Shown here piece by piece: positions 32,047 to 50,220 of a stretch of 64,000 bases of DNA. Source of the stretch: the human T2T-CHM13v2.0 reference genome, Homo sapiens. The stretch lies in assembly GCF_009914755.1 (NCBI RefSeq), contig NC_060943.1. The stretch is one strand, 5' to 3'. Position numbers and translations under genes: made by a program. Every line of letters starts with the position of its first letter. Position 1 is the first letter of the stretch. The notes under the pieces were generated by a model. That model did not search any database and was not told the origin of the DNA. It saw only the letters and a program-made list of their open reading frames with translations.

Positions 32047-32630
32047 GTCAAAAGTTATTTAATTCCCGTCACCTGTCTCAGTGTCATCTGTGTGGTTGGT
32101 GCAGGGCTCTCCCACCCCAGGGCCCATGGGCCAGCAGAGCCAGCTGGGAGGGCGCTTGGGTTTACAGGCCAGATGCCAGTGCTGCCTGTGTGGGACATCT
32201 TGCCCCCATCTGATGGCTAAGTGGCAGGCCCCTGTTCATCAGAACCTGCCATGGCTCAGTGAGGCCTGCTCAGGAGGCCAGGGCACAGTCCCAAGGGAGA
32301 GGGCCCAGACCTGCCCGCAGATGTGGACATAGGGTGTCGGCCCAGCATGTCCCACATGGGCCCCTTTGCCCAGGGCCTCTGGCGACAGGTCCGGGCCTCT
32401 CCCCGCCCTCGCCTCAGCCCCTGCCCTGGCCTCGCCCGCACTAGGAACTGGGAGCGCAGCTTTCTGTGCCAGTCCTGCTGCGCCCCAGGCACTGGGGGCT
32501 GGCCGTTCCCTCACCCCCTCACTCCAAACCGGTCTGTCCAGCCGTCCACCCCACGGAGGGGAAGCCTCCTGCCCCACCTCATGCACCCCAAGAAAGCCAG
32601 AGTCCAGACGGCTGTAAATAAAAGGGAAAA

Positions 32631-32636
32631 TTTACT
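32631..32636 (-). terminator. ZNF296: Probable ZNF296 polyadenylation signal (AGTAAA variant)
   Basis: tttact on the + strand, 80 nt past the ZNF296 stop; no canonical hexamer seen nearer. Confidence 0.55.
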
Positions 32637-32715
32637 TGGAGAAGGCGGGCAAAAACGAGGAGGTCAATGGGTGTTGGCAGCGGTACCAGGGACAGTGAGG
32701 GGGGCTTTCCTGGGC

Positions 32716-33695
32716 TCAGGCCTCGCCGGCCGCCTCAGGGTGCTTCTGCCGCAGGTGTTTGTCCAGGGTGGCTCGCAGGCCGAAGGGCACATGGCAGTGG
32801 GGGCACTCGAAGCGGGTGCTGCCAGGCGTCATGCCGTGCATGCGGCGGTGGCGGTTGAGCTTACTGCTCTGGGCGCAGGCGTAGTTGCAGAACTCACAGG
32901 TGTAGGGGCGCTCCCCGGTGTGTGAGCGCCGGTGCACCGTCAGGTTGCTGCTGTTGGTAAAATGCTTCCCGCAGAACTCACAGCTGCCCCCGGGCCCGCG
33001 GCTCTTGCCCCCTGACTTGGGCATCTTTTTGGGTGATGCCTTCTGGCTGTTTGCAGGGTCAGTTCTTTGTTCCGTGGTGATGGCTCCCCAAGTGTCTCCA
33101 CCAGGGCCGGCTTGAGCCCCACTGCCAGGAGCCCCGGGTTCCTGGACACCTGCTGTGGCGGCGGCTCCAGCCCCCTCACCACCGCTGCATGGAAGGGTGC
33201 TGGTGGGGGCAGCAGCATGGACAGCCGGCTCCGGAGGGGCTGCAGAGGCCTGCTCCTGGCTGGTGTCGGCCATGAGGGGGCTCTGGGGCGGCACCTGCCG
33301 GTGGGTCTTCTTGTGGCGGTTGAGCTTGCTGCTCTGGGCGCAGGCGTAGGGACACTGGTCGCAAGCATAGGGCCGCTCGCCTGTGTGTGAGCGCATGTGC
33401 ACTTTGAGGTTGCTGAAGGAGCTGAGGGTCTTCTTGCACACAGGACAGGTGGGGCTCCGCCGGGTGAGGCCGCTGCCACTTGCACGGGGGCTCTTGGCCT
33501 CAGCTGCTGGCCCCACCACTGCCGACACGGCTGCAGCCACCTCGGCCAGGCCCAGGAGCGGGGCCTCCGGGGCCTCTGATTCTGTCTGGTAGATGGACAG
33601 TCCGTGGTCCCACTGGGCGTGACGCAGCAGCTTCCAGGCCACTGTGAACTGTTTGCCACAGCGCAGGCAGCTCAAGGCCTTCAGCTCCTCTCGTT
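32716..33695 (-). CDS. ZNF296: ZNF296 exon 3: C2H2 fingers including two BCL11-type pairs (...[21 protein letters not shown])
   Basis: ORF 32716..33852; acceptor ttcttaccag at 33696; TGA 32718-32716. Confidence 0.95.
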
Positions 33696-33904
33696 CTGGT
33701 AAGAAAAAGAGGCAGAGTGTTAGTGCGGACAGCTGCCAGCTGGACACCTTCTGTGGGATAGGCACTCCTGCAGGGGCAAAGGACTTGGCAGTAACAAGAC
33801 ACACACACCCTGGAAGGACCAGGAAGCTGACGCTCAGAGGAGGGGTGGACACGAAAAATCTGTGGAGTGGGTGCTAAGTACCTGAGGCTTTGTGTTTGAA
33901 AACC

Positions 33905-35648
<1,744 letters not shown>

Positions 35649-36842
35649 CTAGGTGAACTAGCCTTTCCATTTTTCAAATTCTAGAGTCTTGGATGGGACA
35701 ACCTTTGTGATACAACCAGTCCTGGGTCAAGAGCACAGGCCTGCATTCAAATTCAGACTTCTCTGCTCCCTAATTGTGTGACCTTGGGCAAGACATAGTC
35801 CTCTGTGTGCCTCAGTTGCTAGAATTCAGGGACCCTAGAGATCCCCTCCCTTTCAAGGGTGGTTGTGACCTCGCTTGGGGAATGGTTGAGAGCTTTGGTC
35901 CACATAAGCGCTCAAACAGCAGAGCCTGTGAAACCAAGGTGCCCATGATTCTCCAAGCCCTGTAGTGTTTTGTTCCAGCGATTCCATCACAGCCCCTCGC
36001 TCGCTCCTCCAGGCCACTCTCCATGCTCCAGCTCTAAAGCTGATTCAATCAGTCACAAGCCCCTCCTCTTTCCCACCACCAGACCCTCCCTGGCCCAACC
36101 CTAAATAATTCCACTTCTCAAAAGTCTCAGAAGGGCAAGGGCCAGGGGGCTGGAAACTAGGTTTGGATTAAGCCCTGCAGCCAACACTGACCAAAAGCTC
36201 ACCGAGGGTCAAGCCCCATGTGAAGGCTTTTAATTCCCTCCCAAGAGAAGGAACCCGGGTGTCCAGCACCCGGGAGCTCGCTCAAACCAGGGGATTCCCA
36301 GCACGCGGGGCTGGGAGATTCCATCACCGAGGGAAGCCAGAAGCCCCTTCCTTGGCTCTGAACACTCAGCTGTACTAGCACCTCAATCAGAATTGACAGA
36401 GAGAGACAGGAGGGGGTGGCAACCTCCCCATTCCAGCTGGCCTCCACTCCCCCTCCCCCCGGCCGCTGCCCTCCCTAGAGGTCCCCTCCTACTGCCACCC
36501 TGGTCCAGCCACCTGGCCAGTTATTTCTGGCCAAGGGGAAGGAGAAGTGAAACCAGGTTGGGGTGTGTGTTGGGGGGGGCAAAATCCCGGGCTAGTCTTC
36601 TGGGGCTGGCCACACCCTGTAGGCGGCCCTCCTTCCCTGCCCAGTCCCCCCCCGCCCCCCCTCCACCGCCACCACTGGTCCCTGCCCTAGGACGGGCAGG
36701 CCCTGGCCACGCCTAGGCTGCACCCGATGGGGAGCGAGAAAGGGGAAGTAGTGCTCAGTGCCCTGCCGTCCAGCCCAGCCCCTTTCCAGCAGGAAGCCCA
36801 GCCCTCGAACTTGAGAGGGGGACTGCACCCGGCTTTACTCAC

Positions 36843-36992
36843 CTGAGCCCTGGCCGCGGCTGGGGCCTCTGAAGAGCTGACAGCCCAGCTTCTTGTGGTC
36901 CATGAAGGCAGTGATGGCCTCCAACGGGAAGGTCTGCAGGCAGCGGCCGCAGGTCAACAGATCTGGGTGTTTGTCGGTCCAGGGCTGGCGGT
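36843..36992 (-). CDS. ZNF296: ZNF296 exon 2: C2HC finger (DLLTCGRCLQTFPLEAITAFMDHKKLGC), BCL11 ZnF0-like
   Basis: cctgcag acceptor, GTGAGT donor, 150 nt, phase 1-1. Confidence 0.93.
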
Positions 36993-37205
36993 CTGCAGGG
37001 AGGAAGCGGGTGGTGAGCGTGGGGTGGGGCCAGGATGGGGGCTGAGGGTGCTGAAGGAGAGGGGAAACCGAAGGTCAGAAGGGGGCCTGAGGGGCAGGAC
37101 GGGGCGAAGGAGATAAGGCAGGGCGAGGGGCCCATGCCCAAAGGGAAGGGTCCCACCCGAGGGTCAAAGGTAAGGGAGGCTGGGCCCAGGGCCCGGGGTG
37201 CTCAC

Positions 37206-37503
37206 CGGGATAGTTCGGGGTCAACGGCGTCCACAGGGTCCACGGGTTCCGCGGGCCGAGGGCGAGGAGGGCGGCCCCGGCGGGCATGGGGCCAGGGGAG
37301 TGGTGGGGTTCGCCGCCGAACCGCCCCGCCGAGGACACCTCCTTCGGGGAGAAGGGCCCCAGCCTTGGGGCCTGTTGGGGCTGCGCGTCTGGCTCGGGCT
37401 TGAGTTCGATGACGAGGTCCTGCATTTCCATCTCGTCGTCTGGGTTGGCGGCGGGCGCGGGCTCTACTCGGCGGGGCGCGCTGCCGGCCTTGCGGCGGGA
37501 CAT
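37206..37503 (-). CDS. ZNF296: ZNF296 exon 1, begins MSRRK (NuRD/RBBP4-binding motif of the FOG1/BCL11/SALL type)
   Basis: ATG 37503, donor GTGAGC; total CDS 298+150+980=1428 nt = 475 aa. Confidence 0.94.
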
Positions 37504-39029
37504 GAGTCGCGGGCCGGGCGAGCGAGCGGGCGGGCAGGCAGGCAGGCGGGCGGGCGGAGGACGCACGAGCGGAGGACGCGCGGACCGTGCGCGCTCAGGT
37601 GAGTGACTGCGGCGACCCGCCGCGAACTCTTACACGTGCTGGCCGGGCCCGTGGCTCCGCCTACCAGGGCGGGGCTCATGGGAGGGGACCGAGCCGCCCT
37701 GCTGGGGCCCTGACGGCGGCCTAACTCAATCTAGGCAGTGTCCCGTGCGTTTGGCTTAGTGACCAAATTTAATCACACCGAGTTCCCACAAGGCATTGAA
37801 ACAGCTATCCCTGATCCCGTTTTAGGGCGGGTGAAACTGAGACACGGCATGCCCACACGCACCCCCAAGCGAGAAAAATAGTCGGTCACGTTTCTTATTA
37901 GGTGCCTGATAGTAATCTGGGCTATTTCATTAAATGCATTACAATAAAAATTCATTTTGCAAGCATTCACTGAGTGCCTCCTGTGCGCCAGGCTCTGTTT
38001 GAAGCCCTGAGAATACAGGAGGGAATAAACAGAAGATAATCTTTGTTTGCACGGAGTTCAGACGGTGGGGGAAGACACTATAAACATAATTACGTAAAAT
38101 ATAGATGGCCCTTCATGATGACCAGTGCCATGGAGCAAAAGAAAGCTGGAAAGGCGGAGAGGGTTACTGGGGTTGAGGGATTCAATTTTCTCCCCTATGA
38201 TGGGAAAGGGCATGGTGGAGCTGAGGCTGGAGGGAAGGAAGCCCAGCCAGTGGGCCTGGGCATTGAGGAATTACAAGGAAAGGGAGAGGCAATACGGGTT
38301 GGGGATTGAGTTCAGTGAAAATATGGGGGCAGATCCAAGCAATCTTTTGATCGCTTTAAGGTCTTTTGGTTTTCCTGAGACCGGAGCCTTAGGAGGGTTT
38401 TGAGCAGAGGAGGACTGTAATCATACACATCGACTCTGTTCCTAGACCAGAAGTCGCCATTAAAACCAAATAGCCAAGCAGCTCACCTGCCTCCACTCCG
38501 CCTCCTTGAACTTCCCTCCCCTAAGCAGTTCTGTCTGCTCACTGTTTGAAGTGGCATCGACACCCTGCCCCACCCTCAATCCCTGATGAGTATTCTTTTC
38601 TTCCTGGCACCGACTGCACGACAGTATAGAACGGCTTGTGGACTGTCCTCTCCCCCACCCAATGCAAGCCCCCTGAGGTCAGGGCAAGAACCTGTCCTCC
38701 CCCAGCTGTCCTCAGCCCAGATGCTGATTTCAGATGCTGATCTCTTGGAGTTCTGCACATTGTTATTCAGGTCTGGGTTCCATTGTCCTCCTGAGAGCAG
38801 AGGGCCCTGACCAACAGTATCTAAAGTAGCCCCACCCTGCTGAAGGCCTTGCAAATTACACTCCATGACCTCCATCTGTCCCCAGTTCCCTCTTGGATCT
38901 CACTTTCTCCATCTGTCAAAGGAGGTAGGGCAGGTTGGAACTAGAGGGTTATCTGAGGTGGTTTCTTCTTCACTGCCGCCTCCTCTGATCACCCTTTTTT
39001 TTTTTGTAATTTTTAATTTTTCAAAAAAA

Positions 39030-39520
<491 letters not shown>

Positions 39521-40169
39521 TATTTTATTCTTTATACATCACTTTGATCAAACCCTGAAGGATCTTGTTTACATATTTGCTCATTTTACCCTATTCTGTC
39601 CCTTCTACCCCCACTAGAACGTAGGTTCTAGGAGGCAGGATGGGAGTCTGTCTTGTTCATAAATACAACCCCTACTCGTTCATAGTTAAGTCAACAAATA
39701 TTTATTGCGCACCTACTATGTGTCTGATGATATTCTTTCAACAGATATTTGCAGAGCACCAAATTGTGTACCTGGCACTAGGCCTTGGTGATCTAGTGGA
39801 AAGCAAAGGCCCACAGGATCCCTGCGTAAAGAGGACCCCGCAAGGAGAAAGTGAATTCTGACTGGGCCTGGAATAGGGAGGTTCATATTCCCCATTCAAG
39901 GCCTCAGTTTCCCCCTTTGTAAAATGGGACTGCAGGGAGAGCTGGAGGACAAAATGACCGCCTCTGATCCAGCCCAGCTACTTTCTTAGTATGCGGCATC
40001 TGAAACCATGATCTCCAGGTTTCCTGTAGAGGAGCGGGGGTTCCCACTGGAAGCAAGGGGTTAGGAGTGGGTATGTGTAGGGGGATGGGGATGCAAAGAC
40101 CGAGCTCTGCCCTTAACCCAGCAGGGAGGAAGTCTTCCCCTCTCTGAACCTCAGTTTCTTCCTGCCTAA

Positions 40170-40870
40170 AATGGGCATCCCAGACGCCCCCAACTCGCAG
40201 GCAGGAAGATCGGTCCCAAGTGCCCCGCAAAGCCGCGGGCCAGGTGGCGACCCGGGCTGTGCTGGCTTCCAAGCCTGCGAGCCAGCCCGCGACCACGTGG
40301 GGCAGTGGCGGCGGCGCGGGCGGAACCCAGGCTCCGCGGCTTGCGGCCTGCCCGGGCCTCTGCAGCGGGGGCGCCGGCGGAAGTGGGGACACCAGTAGCC
40401 GCGGACCTCGGTGAGTACAAGGTGGTGGGGGGTCGCCAGCAGGTTCCCTCTCCCCGGCCCCAGCTCTGGACGCTCACCCCAGTGCAACGCCCTGAGTGAC
40501 GGAAAGAGGTAGGACCGCGCCTGCAGCGCCGGCTGGAGGGACGTTCTGGTCCCCAGACGCTCCTATCAGGGACTGTTTGATCCCGATCGCCGGCAGCGGG
40601 AATGCCCCACGCGGGTGGGGTGAGGAGAAGGGAGAAGGAGAAAAACTTCCCCTCCGGAAAATAATAAATGGCCACGATAACAGAAGCATCGGTGGCAGTC
40701 ATCCCGCTTTACCTGGAGCGGAATCGCTCGCTCAGTCTGAGCCTGGAGGTGGGAAGAAGGTCCAGTCCGAACGCCCAGGGCGGTGTGGGGAGTGGACGCC
40801 TGGGGGCCGGGAGGACCTACTTAGTATAAGAAAAGGAGAGCAATGGGTGGTCAGGGCGGAATTGAAAGGA
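40170..40870 (+). promoter_or_regulatory. GEMIN7: GEMIN7 CpG island/promoter
   Basis: CpG-dense; E-box CACGTG 40294-99; ETS CGGAAGTG 40378-85; first-exon donor TCG|GTGAGT at 40411. Confidence 0.75.
40330..40410 (+). other. GEMIN7: GEMIN7 non-coding exon 1 (5' end approximate)
   Basis: Consensus donor GTGAGT at 40411 in the CpG island. Confidence 0.6.
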
Positions 40871-41037
40871 AACTGACCGGCCCCAGGGGAGAAGGGGAGG
40901 GGAGAGATTCTGTGCTTGGGGTTCTGACCCTCTCGGGTGGCCCCATTTAGCTAATTTGCATCAAGATTCAGCAGCCGATGATGTCTGTATGTGTGTGTGT
41001 GTCTGTGGACACGTCAACACCTTGGTTAATTAATTAG

Positions 41038-41160
41038 GTCTGGCGGCTTCTCTGTTGACAACTCAGCTGGTTCCACACCCTGGCAATTGTGAAGAGTTGG
41101 CCAAATGTTTGTCCACTGAGCTGATCTCCTCTCTGGAGCACCGGGGCCACCAGGAGGGAG
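41038..41160 (+). other. GEMIN7: GEMIN7 non-coding exon 2 (123 nt)
   Basis: taattag acceptor, GAG|GTCTGT donor; unique sequence; agrees with my recollection of the GEMIN7 5'UTR. Confidence 0.6.
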
Positions 41161-41387
41161 GTCTGTGAAACCCCTGCCCCTGCCATTGACCTAAGTGTTG
41201 GGCTCTTGAATCTAACAGACTAGTTTTTCAAGTCGTGGGGGATGGGCTTGGGCATTTTTCCCTGAAACCTTCGGAAATCCTTGCCTTGGAGACTGAAAGG
41301 ATAAAGGCCTCTGGGGCCAGGTCACCAGGGACAATGGATAACGCCTGCCTCTACCCTCCTGGGCACACCCTGTGTGATCTTTCTTAA

Positions 41388-41915
<528 letters not shown>

Positions 41916-42426
41916 TGATGGAGAAAACAAGGCCCTATACTGGCCCTCCCTTAATTTCATTTTATCCAGGGATTTAACAGAATTCTTTGGCCACTCTAAT
42001 CCTATCTAAGTCATTTAGTAAGTACTCACCCTAGAGACTAGGGGGTTTCTCTTGAAACTCAAGTGTTAATCTAGGCTCAGGAAAGACCCTGGGGGCTGGT
42101 GAGGCCTGACTAAATTGGAGTGACAGTGGTCAGAGAAAATAAAAAATGCAAGTAGGGCGTGTTGGCGTGGGCCTGTAATCCCAGCTTCTCGGAAGGCTGA
42201 GGTGGGAGGATATCTTGAGTCCAGGAGTTCAAGATTAGCGTGGGCAATACAGCGAGACCTCACCTCAAAGTAAATAAATAAGTAAATGTGCTTTTTAAAA
42301 AATTAGAAAATGCAAGGCCGGGCACGGTGGCTCATGCCTGTAATCCCAGCACTTTGGGAGGCTGAAGCAGGCAGATCAGGAGTTTGAGACCAGCCTGGCC
42401 AACGTGGCCAAACCGCGTCTCTACTA

Positions 42427-43078
<652 letters not shown>

Positions 43079-43747
43079 TGACCACTTCTCCCCATTCCCA
43101 TTGTCCCCAGCCCATACTAGACGCCATCTTCTTCCACCTGGACCACTACAGTGACCTCCTCATTGCGTTCCTAGTGTCTCCCTTCAATCTCGTTTATTGT
43201 CCATGCAGCAGGCAGAGGATCCTGAGGACCTTAAGCCAGATTCTGCCCATCCTTCACTCAGAACTGTCCAGTGGCTTCAGTCTCAGAGTAGAGACCCAAA
43301 TTGTCATCACAGCCCACAAGGCACTCTCTCTGTCCCTGCCCCCACCTCCTCCACACTGGCCTTGCTACGCCCCAAAGCCACCCTTTCCATGATCTTTGCA
43401 TTTTGCTCTTCCTTCTGACTGGAATCTCCACATGGCTCCATTCCTAATTTCATTCAGGTCTATGCTCAAACGTAATCTTATCATAGGGATCTTTCCTGGG
43501 CTCCCTTGAAACTACCCTCTATCCCCCAGGCTGGGTCAGGTGTCTCCTCTGGACTCCTTCATTCCAGCCCTACTCACTTTGGGTCATCACTGCCTAAGGA
43601 CAGGTCTGTGTCCCCTATTGGACTGTGAGCCCACAAAGGCGGAACTGGGCTCTCAGTCCTAGACGTGTTTCCAAGACCGCCCAATGTGGGTCATGCACAG
43701 AGCAGGCACTCAGATGATGTGCTAACAATGCTAGATAATGTGGATGA

Positions 43748-43933
<186 letters not shown>

Positions 43934-44069
43934 TAGAGATGGGGTTTTGCTATATTGCTCAGGCTGGTCTTGAACTCCTACGCTAAAGCAATTCTCCAGC
44001 CTCAGTCTCCCAAGGTGCTGGGATTATAGTTGTGAGCCACCGCACCTGGCTAGAAAACTTTTCTTTGGT

Positions 44070-44240
44070 GCATAAAAATGATATAAAATTCAAATTTCAG
44101 TGTCCCAGTAAGTAAGGTTTTGTTGGAGAACAGCCATGTTCATTTGTTTCCATATTGTCTATGGCTGCTGTTGTGCTACTGTGGCAGAGTTGAGCAGTGA
44201 CAGTAAAATACTTACAGAGAAGGTTCGCAGACCTCTGCTA
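44070..44240. mobile_element. MER58-like hAT fossil
   Basis: aaattcaaatttcagtgtcc...cagccatgttcatttgttt...ctatggctgct...ggcagagttgagcagt. Confidence 0.6.
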
Positions 44241-44313
44241 CGTATTTTGCCAAGAAGAAAAATAAAATAAAGTTAAAATTGAAAATATGTTGCCCGCTGG
44301 GCGCGGTAGCTCA

Positions 44314-44631
<318 letters not shown>

Positions 44632-45052
44632 TCAGTAAGATTTGGCAGCTAATTATGCAGAGTGGGTGATGAGGTTTAGATGCCTCCCAGGGAGAGCTCT
44701 TTTTCACATTTTCTTTTCCAATTCTTCTTCTTTTTTTTTTTTTTTTTGTTTGAGACAGGGTCTCACTCTTCCCAGGCTGGAGTGCAGTGGTGCAATCACA
44801 TCTCACTGCAGCCTCAGCCTCCTCCGGCTCACTAGATCTTCCCACCTCAGCCTCCTGAGTAGCTGGGACTACAGGAGCGCACCCTTTGCCCAGCTAATTT
44901 TTCTATTTTTCTGGAGACGAGATTTTGCTATGTTGCCCAAGCTGGTCTCAAATTCCTGGGCTCAAGTGATCCACCTGCCTCAGCCTCCCAAAGTTCTGGA
45001 ATTACAGGTGTGAGCCACCTCGTGCCCAGCTGCTTCTTGCTTTCTGAAATTA

Positions 45053-45368
<316 letters not shown>

Positions 45369-45515
45369 TTAAAATTTAGTGGCTGGGCATGGTGGCTTAG
45401 ACCTGTAATCCCAGCACTTTGGGAGGCTGAGGCAAGAGGATCACTTGAGCCCAGGTTGGAGACCAGCCTGGGCAATATAGTGCGACTTCATCTCTATAAA
45501 ATAAAATAAAATTAA

Positions 45516-45836
<321 letters not shown>

Positions 45837-45905
45837 TAGGCGGGATTACAGGAGCCTGCCACCATGCCCAGCCCAGCTAATTTTATTTATTTATTTATTT
45901 TTTGA

Positions 45906-46213
<308 letters not shown>

Positions 46214-46414
46214 TAATTTTTGTATTTCTTAGTACAGACAGGGTTTCACCGTGTTGACCAGGTTGGTCTCAAACTCCTGACCTCAGGTGATCCGCCTGCC
46301 TCGGCCTCCCAAAGTTCTGGGTTTACAGGCGGGAGCCACTGTGCCCAGCCTATGTTCATGTCTTCTATAGCCATCTTTATTCCTTCCTCCCTCTTTGTGA
46401 CCTGTTTGTCTGCA

Positions 46415-46690
46415 TCAGTGTTTCATTTGGGGCCATCAGGAGACGTTTGGCAATTCATGGAGACTTTAAAAAAAAACTGTATTGAGATGCAATTCACATT
46501 CACCAATTCACTGTTCACCAGTGGTGACATTTTTGGCTGTCACAACTTGAAGATGGGATGCTACTGGCATCTATTAATAGGAGGCAGAGGCTAGGATGCT
46601 GCTCAAACCCTACACCTATGCGTTGGACAGCCCCCACAACATAGCAGATAATTATCCAGCCCCAAATGTCAATAGTGTCCAGACTGAGTA
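46415..46690 (+). mobile_element. MER20 hAT fossil
   Basis: gacatttttggctgtcacaact...gctactggcatct...ggatgctgct...ttatccagccccaaatgtcaatagtg. Confidence 0.75.
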
Positions 46691-46900
46691 GCCCTGGTTC
46701 ACATCCTTGGTCTATCTGCAGGGTCCTGTCTTGCAAGGGGCTCACAGTTCAGGTGCAGAGACAGGAAGAGCCTAATAAGAAAAAGGACAAGTTAGTCCAG
46801 GCACAGTGGCTCACGCCTGTAATCCCACCACTTTGGGAGGCTGAGATGGGGGGGATCACTTGCGGTCAGGAGTTCGAGACCAGCCTGACCAACATGGTGA

Positions 46901-47297
<397 letters not shown>

Positions 47298-47707
47298 ACA
47301 CAAGAATCTCTTGAACCTGGGAGGCGGAGGTTGCAGTGAGCCGAGGTGGCACCACTGCACTCCGGCCTGGGTGACAGAGTGAGACTCTGTCTCCAAAAAA
47401 GGAAAAAAAAGAAACAGGACAATTTCAATCACCTCCCTTCTGTGCCTGGCCCCAGGGTCTTGGGTACCCAACACTTGTCACTCAGCTCAGTTAGTCCTCA
47501 CTAGGTTTAGAGAGGAGAGGACCAAGCCACAGGGAGTGGTGCAGCTGCTAAAACCTAGGTCCTCCTCTCTCAGGTCTGCACCCACAAGGCCAGCATTTCC
47601 CTATACACATTCAACATCATAGCATAGCGCTTCATATGTCCCAGACATGTGCCAAACATGGTAGGTTAGTTAGGTAATTTAGTCCCCATGCCCGCCCTGT
47701 GAGTTAG

Positions 47708-48181
<474 letters not shown>

Positions 48182-49096
48182 TGATCAGGCTGGTCTTGAA
48201 CTCTTGATCTCGTGATCCACCTGCTTTGGCCTCCCAAAGTGCTGGGATTACAGGCGTGAGCCACCGCGCCCAGCCAATGTTTGTTTGTTTTTGAGATAGA
48301 GTATTGCTCTGTTGCCCAGGCTGGAGTACAGTGGCACAATCTCTGCTCACTGCAACCTCTGCCTCCCAGGTTCAAGTGATTCTCATGCCTCAGGCTCCCC
48401 AAGTAGCTGGGATTACAGGCACGCACCACCACGTCCGGCTGATTTTTGTATTTTAGTACAGACGGGGTTTTACTATGTTGGCCAGGCTGCTCTCGAACTC
48501 CTGACCTCTAGTGATCCTCCAGCCTCAGCCCCTAAAGTGCTAGGATTATAGGCATGCGCCGCCATGCCCAGCTCATTCATGAATTCTCATTGGTCTCTAT
48601 GGCAGGCAGTTTCTGGGGGCTGGAGATCCAGCAGTGGGAAAAGCAAGGTGGCCACCTTGAAACTCACGGAGGGAAAGGAGATACAGGCAGATACAGGGAA
48701 CCGAAAGTGCAAGAGCCCAAGAAGGGATTGCCAGGCATCGCGCCTGAGGATCAGCGAGGAGGCCTGTGTGGCTGGGGTGGGGAGAGCAAGCGTGGTACAC
48801 CACGAGGGTGCCGGCAGGATCCAGAGCTAAGACAGAAGCCACAAGAGGGCTCCGAGCAGAGGAGGGATATGATCTGACTCAGGCATTAACAGGGTGTTGG
48901 GGTGCAGACGGCGGGGGGTGAAGGTGGAAGCCAGGGACCCAGTGAGGAGTTGACTACAGTACTCCAGGCAGGAAGTGTCTGTGGCTGCAGCAGGATGCTG
49001 GCAGTGGAGGAGGTGAGAAGTGTTAGGTTGTGAATAAATAAATATGTGTGTGTGTGTATATATAGATATATAATTTTTTTTTTTTTTTTTTTTTGA

Positions 49097-49413
<317 letters not shown>

Positions 49414-50034
49414 TGACTTTAATATTTTTGAAGAGCCCAGGTTAGTTGTGCTGTTTTTGTTTTTGTTTTTTCTAAGACAAAGTCTCACTCTTGCCCAGGC
49501 GTGGAGTGCAGTGGCGCGATCATAGCTCACTGCAGCTTCAACCTTCCAGGGCTCCAGTGATTCTCTTACCTCAGTCTTCTGAGTAGCTGGGACTTCCACG
49601 AGTACATTGTCAAGCCTGGCTAATGTTTTTTATTTTTAGTAGAGACGAGGTCTTACCATGTTGCCCAGGCTGCTCTTGAACTCCTGAACGCAAGCAATCC
49701 TCTCACCTTGGCCTCCTGAGGTGCTGGGATTATAGGCATGAGCCACCATGCCTATCCCTGTTGTCCTTGTTTGGCCCAGAGGCTGGAAGATCACTTGAGG
49801 CCAGAAGTTCAAGACCAGCCTCGGCAACATAGTGAGACCCTGTCTCTTTAAAATTTAAAAAAAAAAGAAAAGGAATAGCACAGAAGTGGTGCCCTGCCTT
49901 CTTAGTGTCCCATTCCTGGAGATGTTGGCTTTGATCACTAAGTTAAGGGGGTGCATACCAGGTTCCTCCAGTATAAATTTGTGTTTGCCCTTTACAGTGA
50001 ATGAATATCTTATAAGTCTGTTAAGACTATGTAG

Positions 50035-50220
<186 letters not shown>

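Larger units (their letters stand above)
36600..37900 (-). promoter_or_regulatory. ZNF296: ZNF296 CpG island/promoter
   Basis: CpG-dense; E-box CACGTG 37633-38; GC/KLF box GGGCGGGG 37667-74. Confidence 0.75.

Noticed and set aside
33696-33852. N-terminal part of the 378-aa ORF 32716..33852
   Set aside because: Intronic read-through; the real exon starts at the acceptor at 33695
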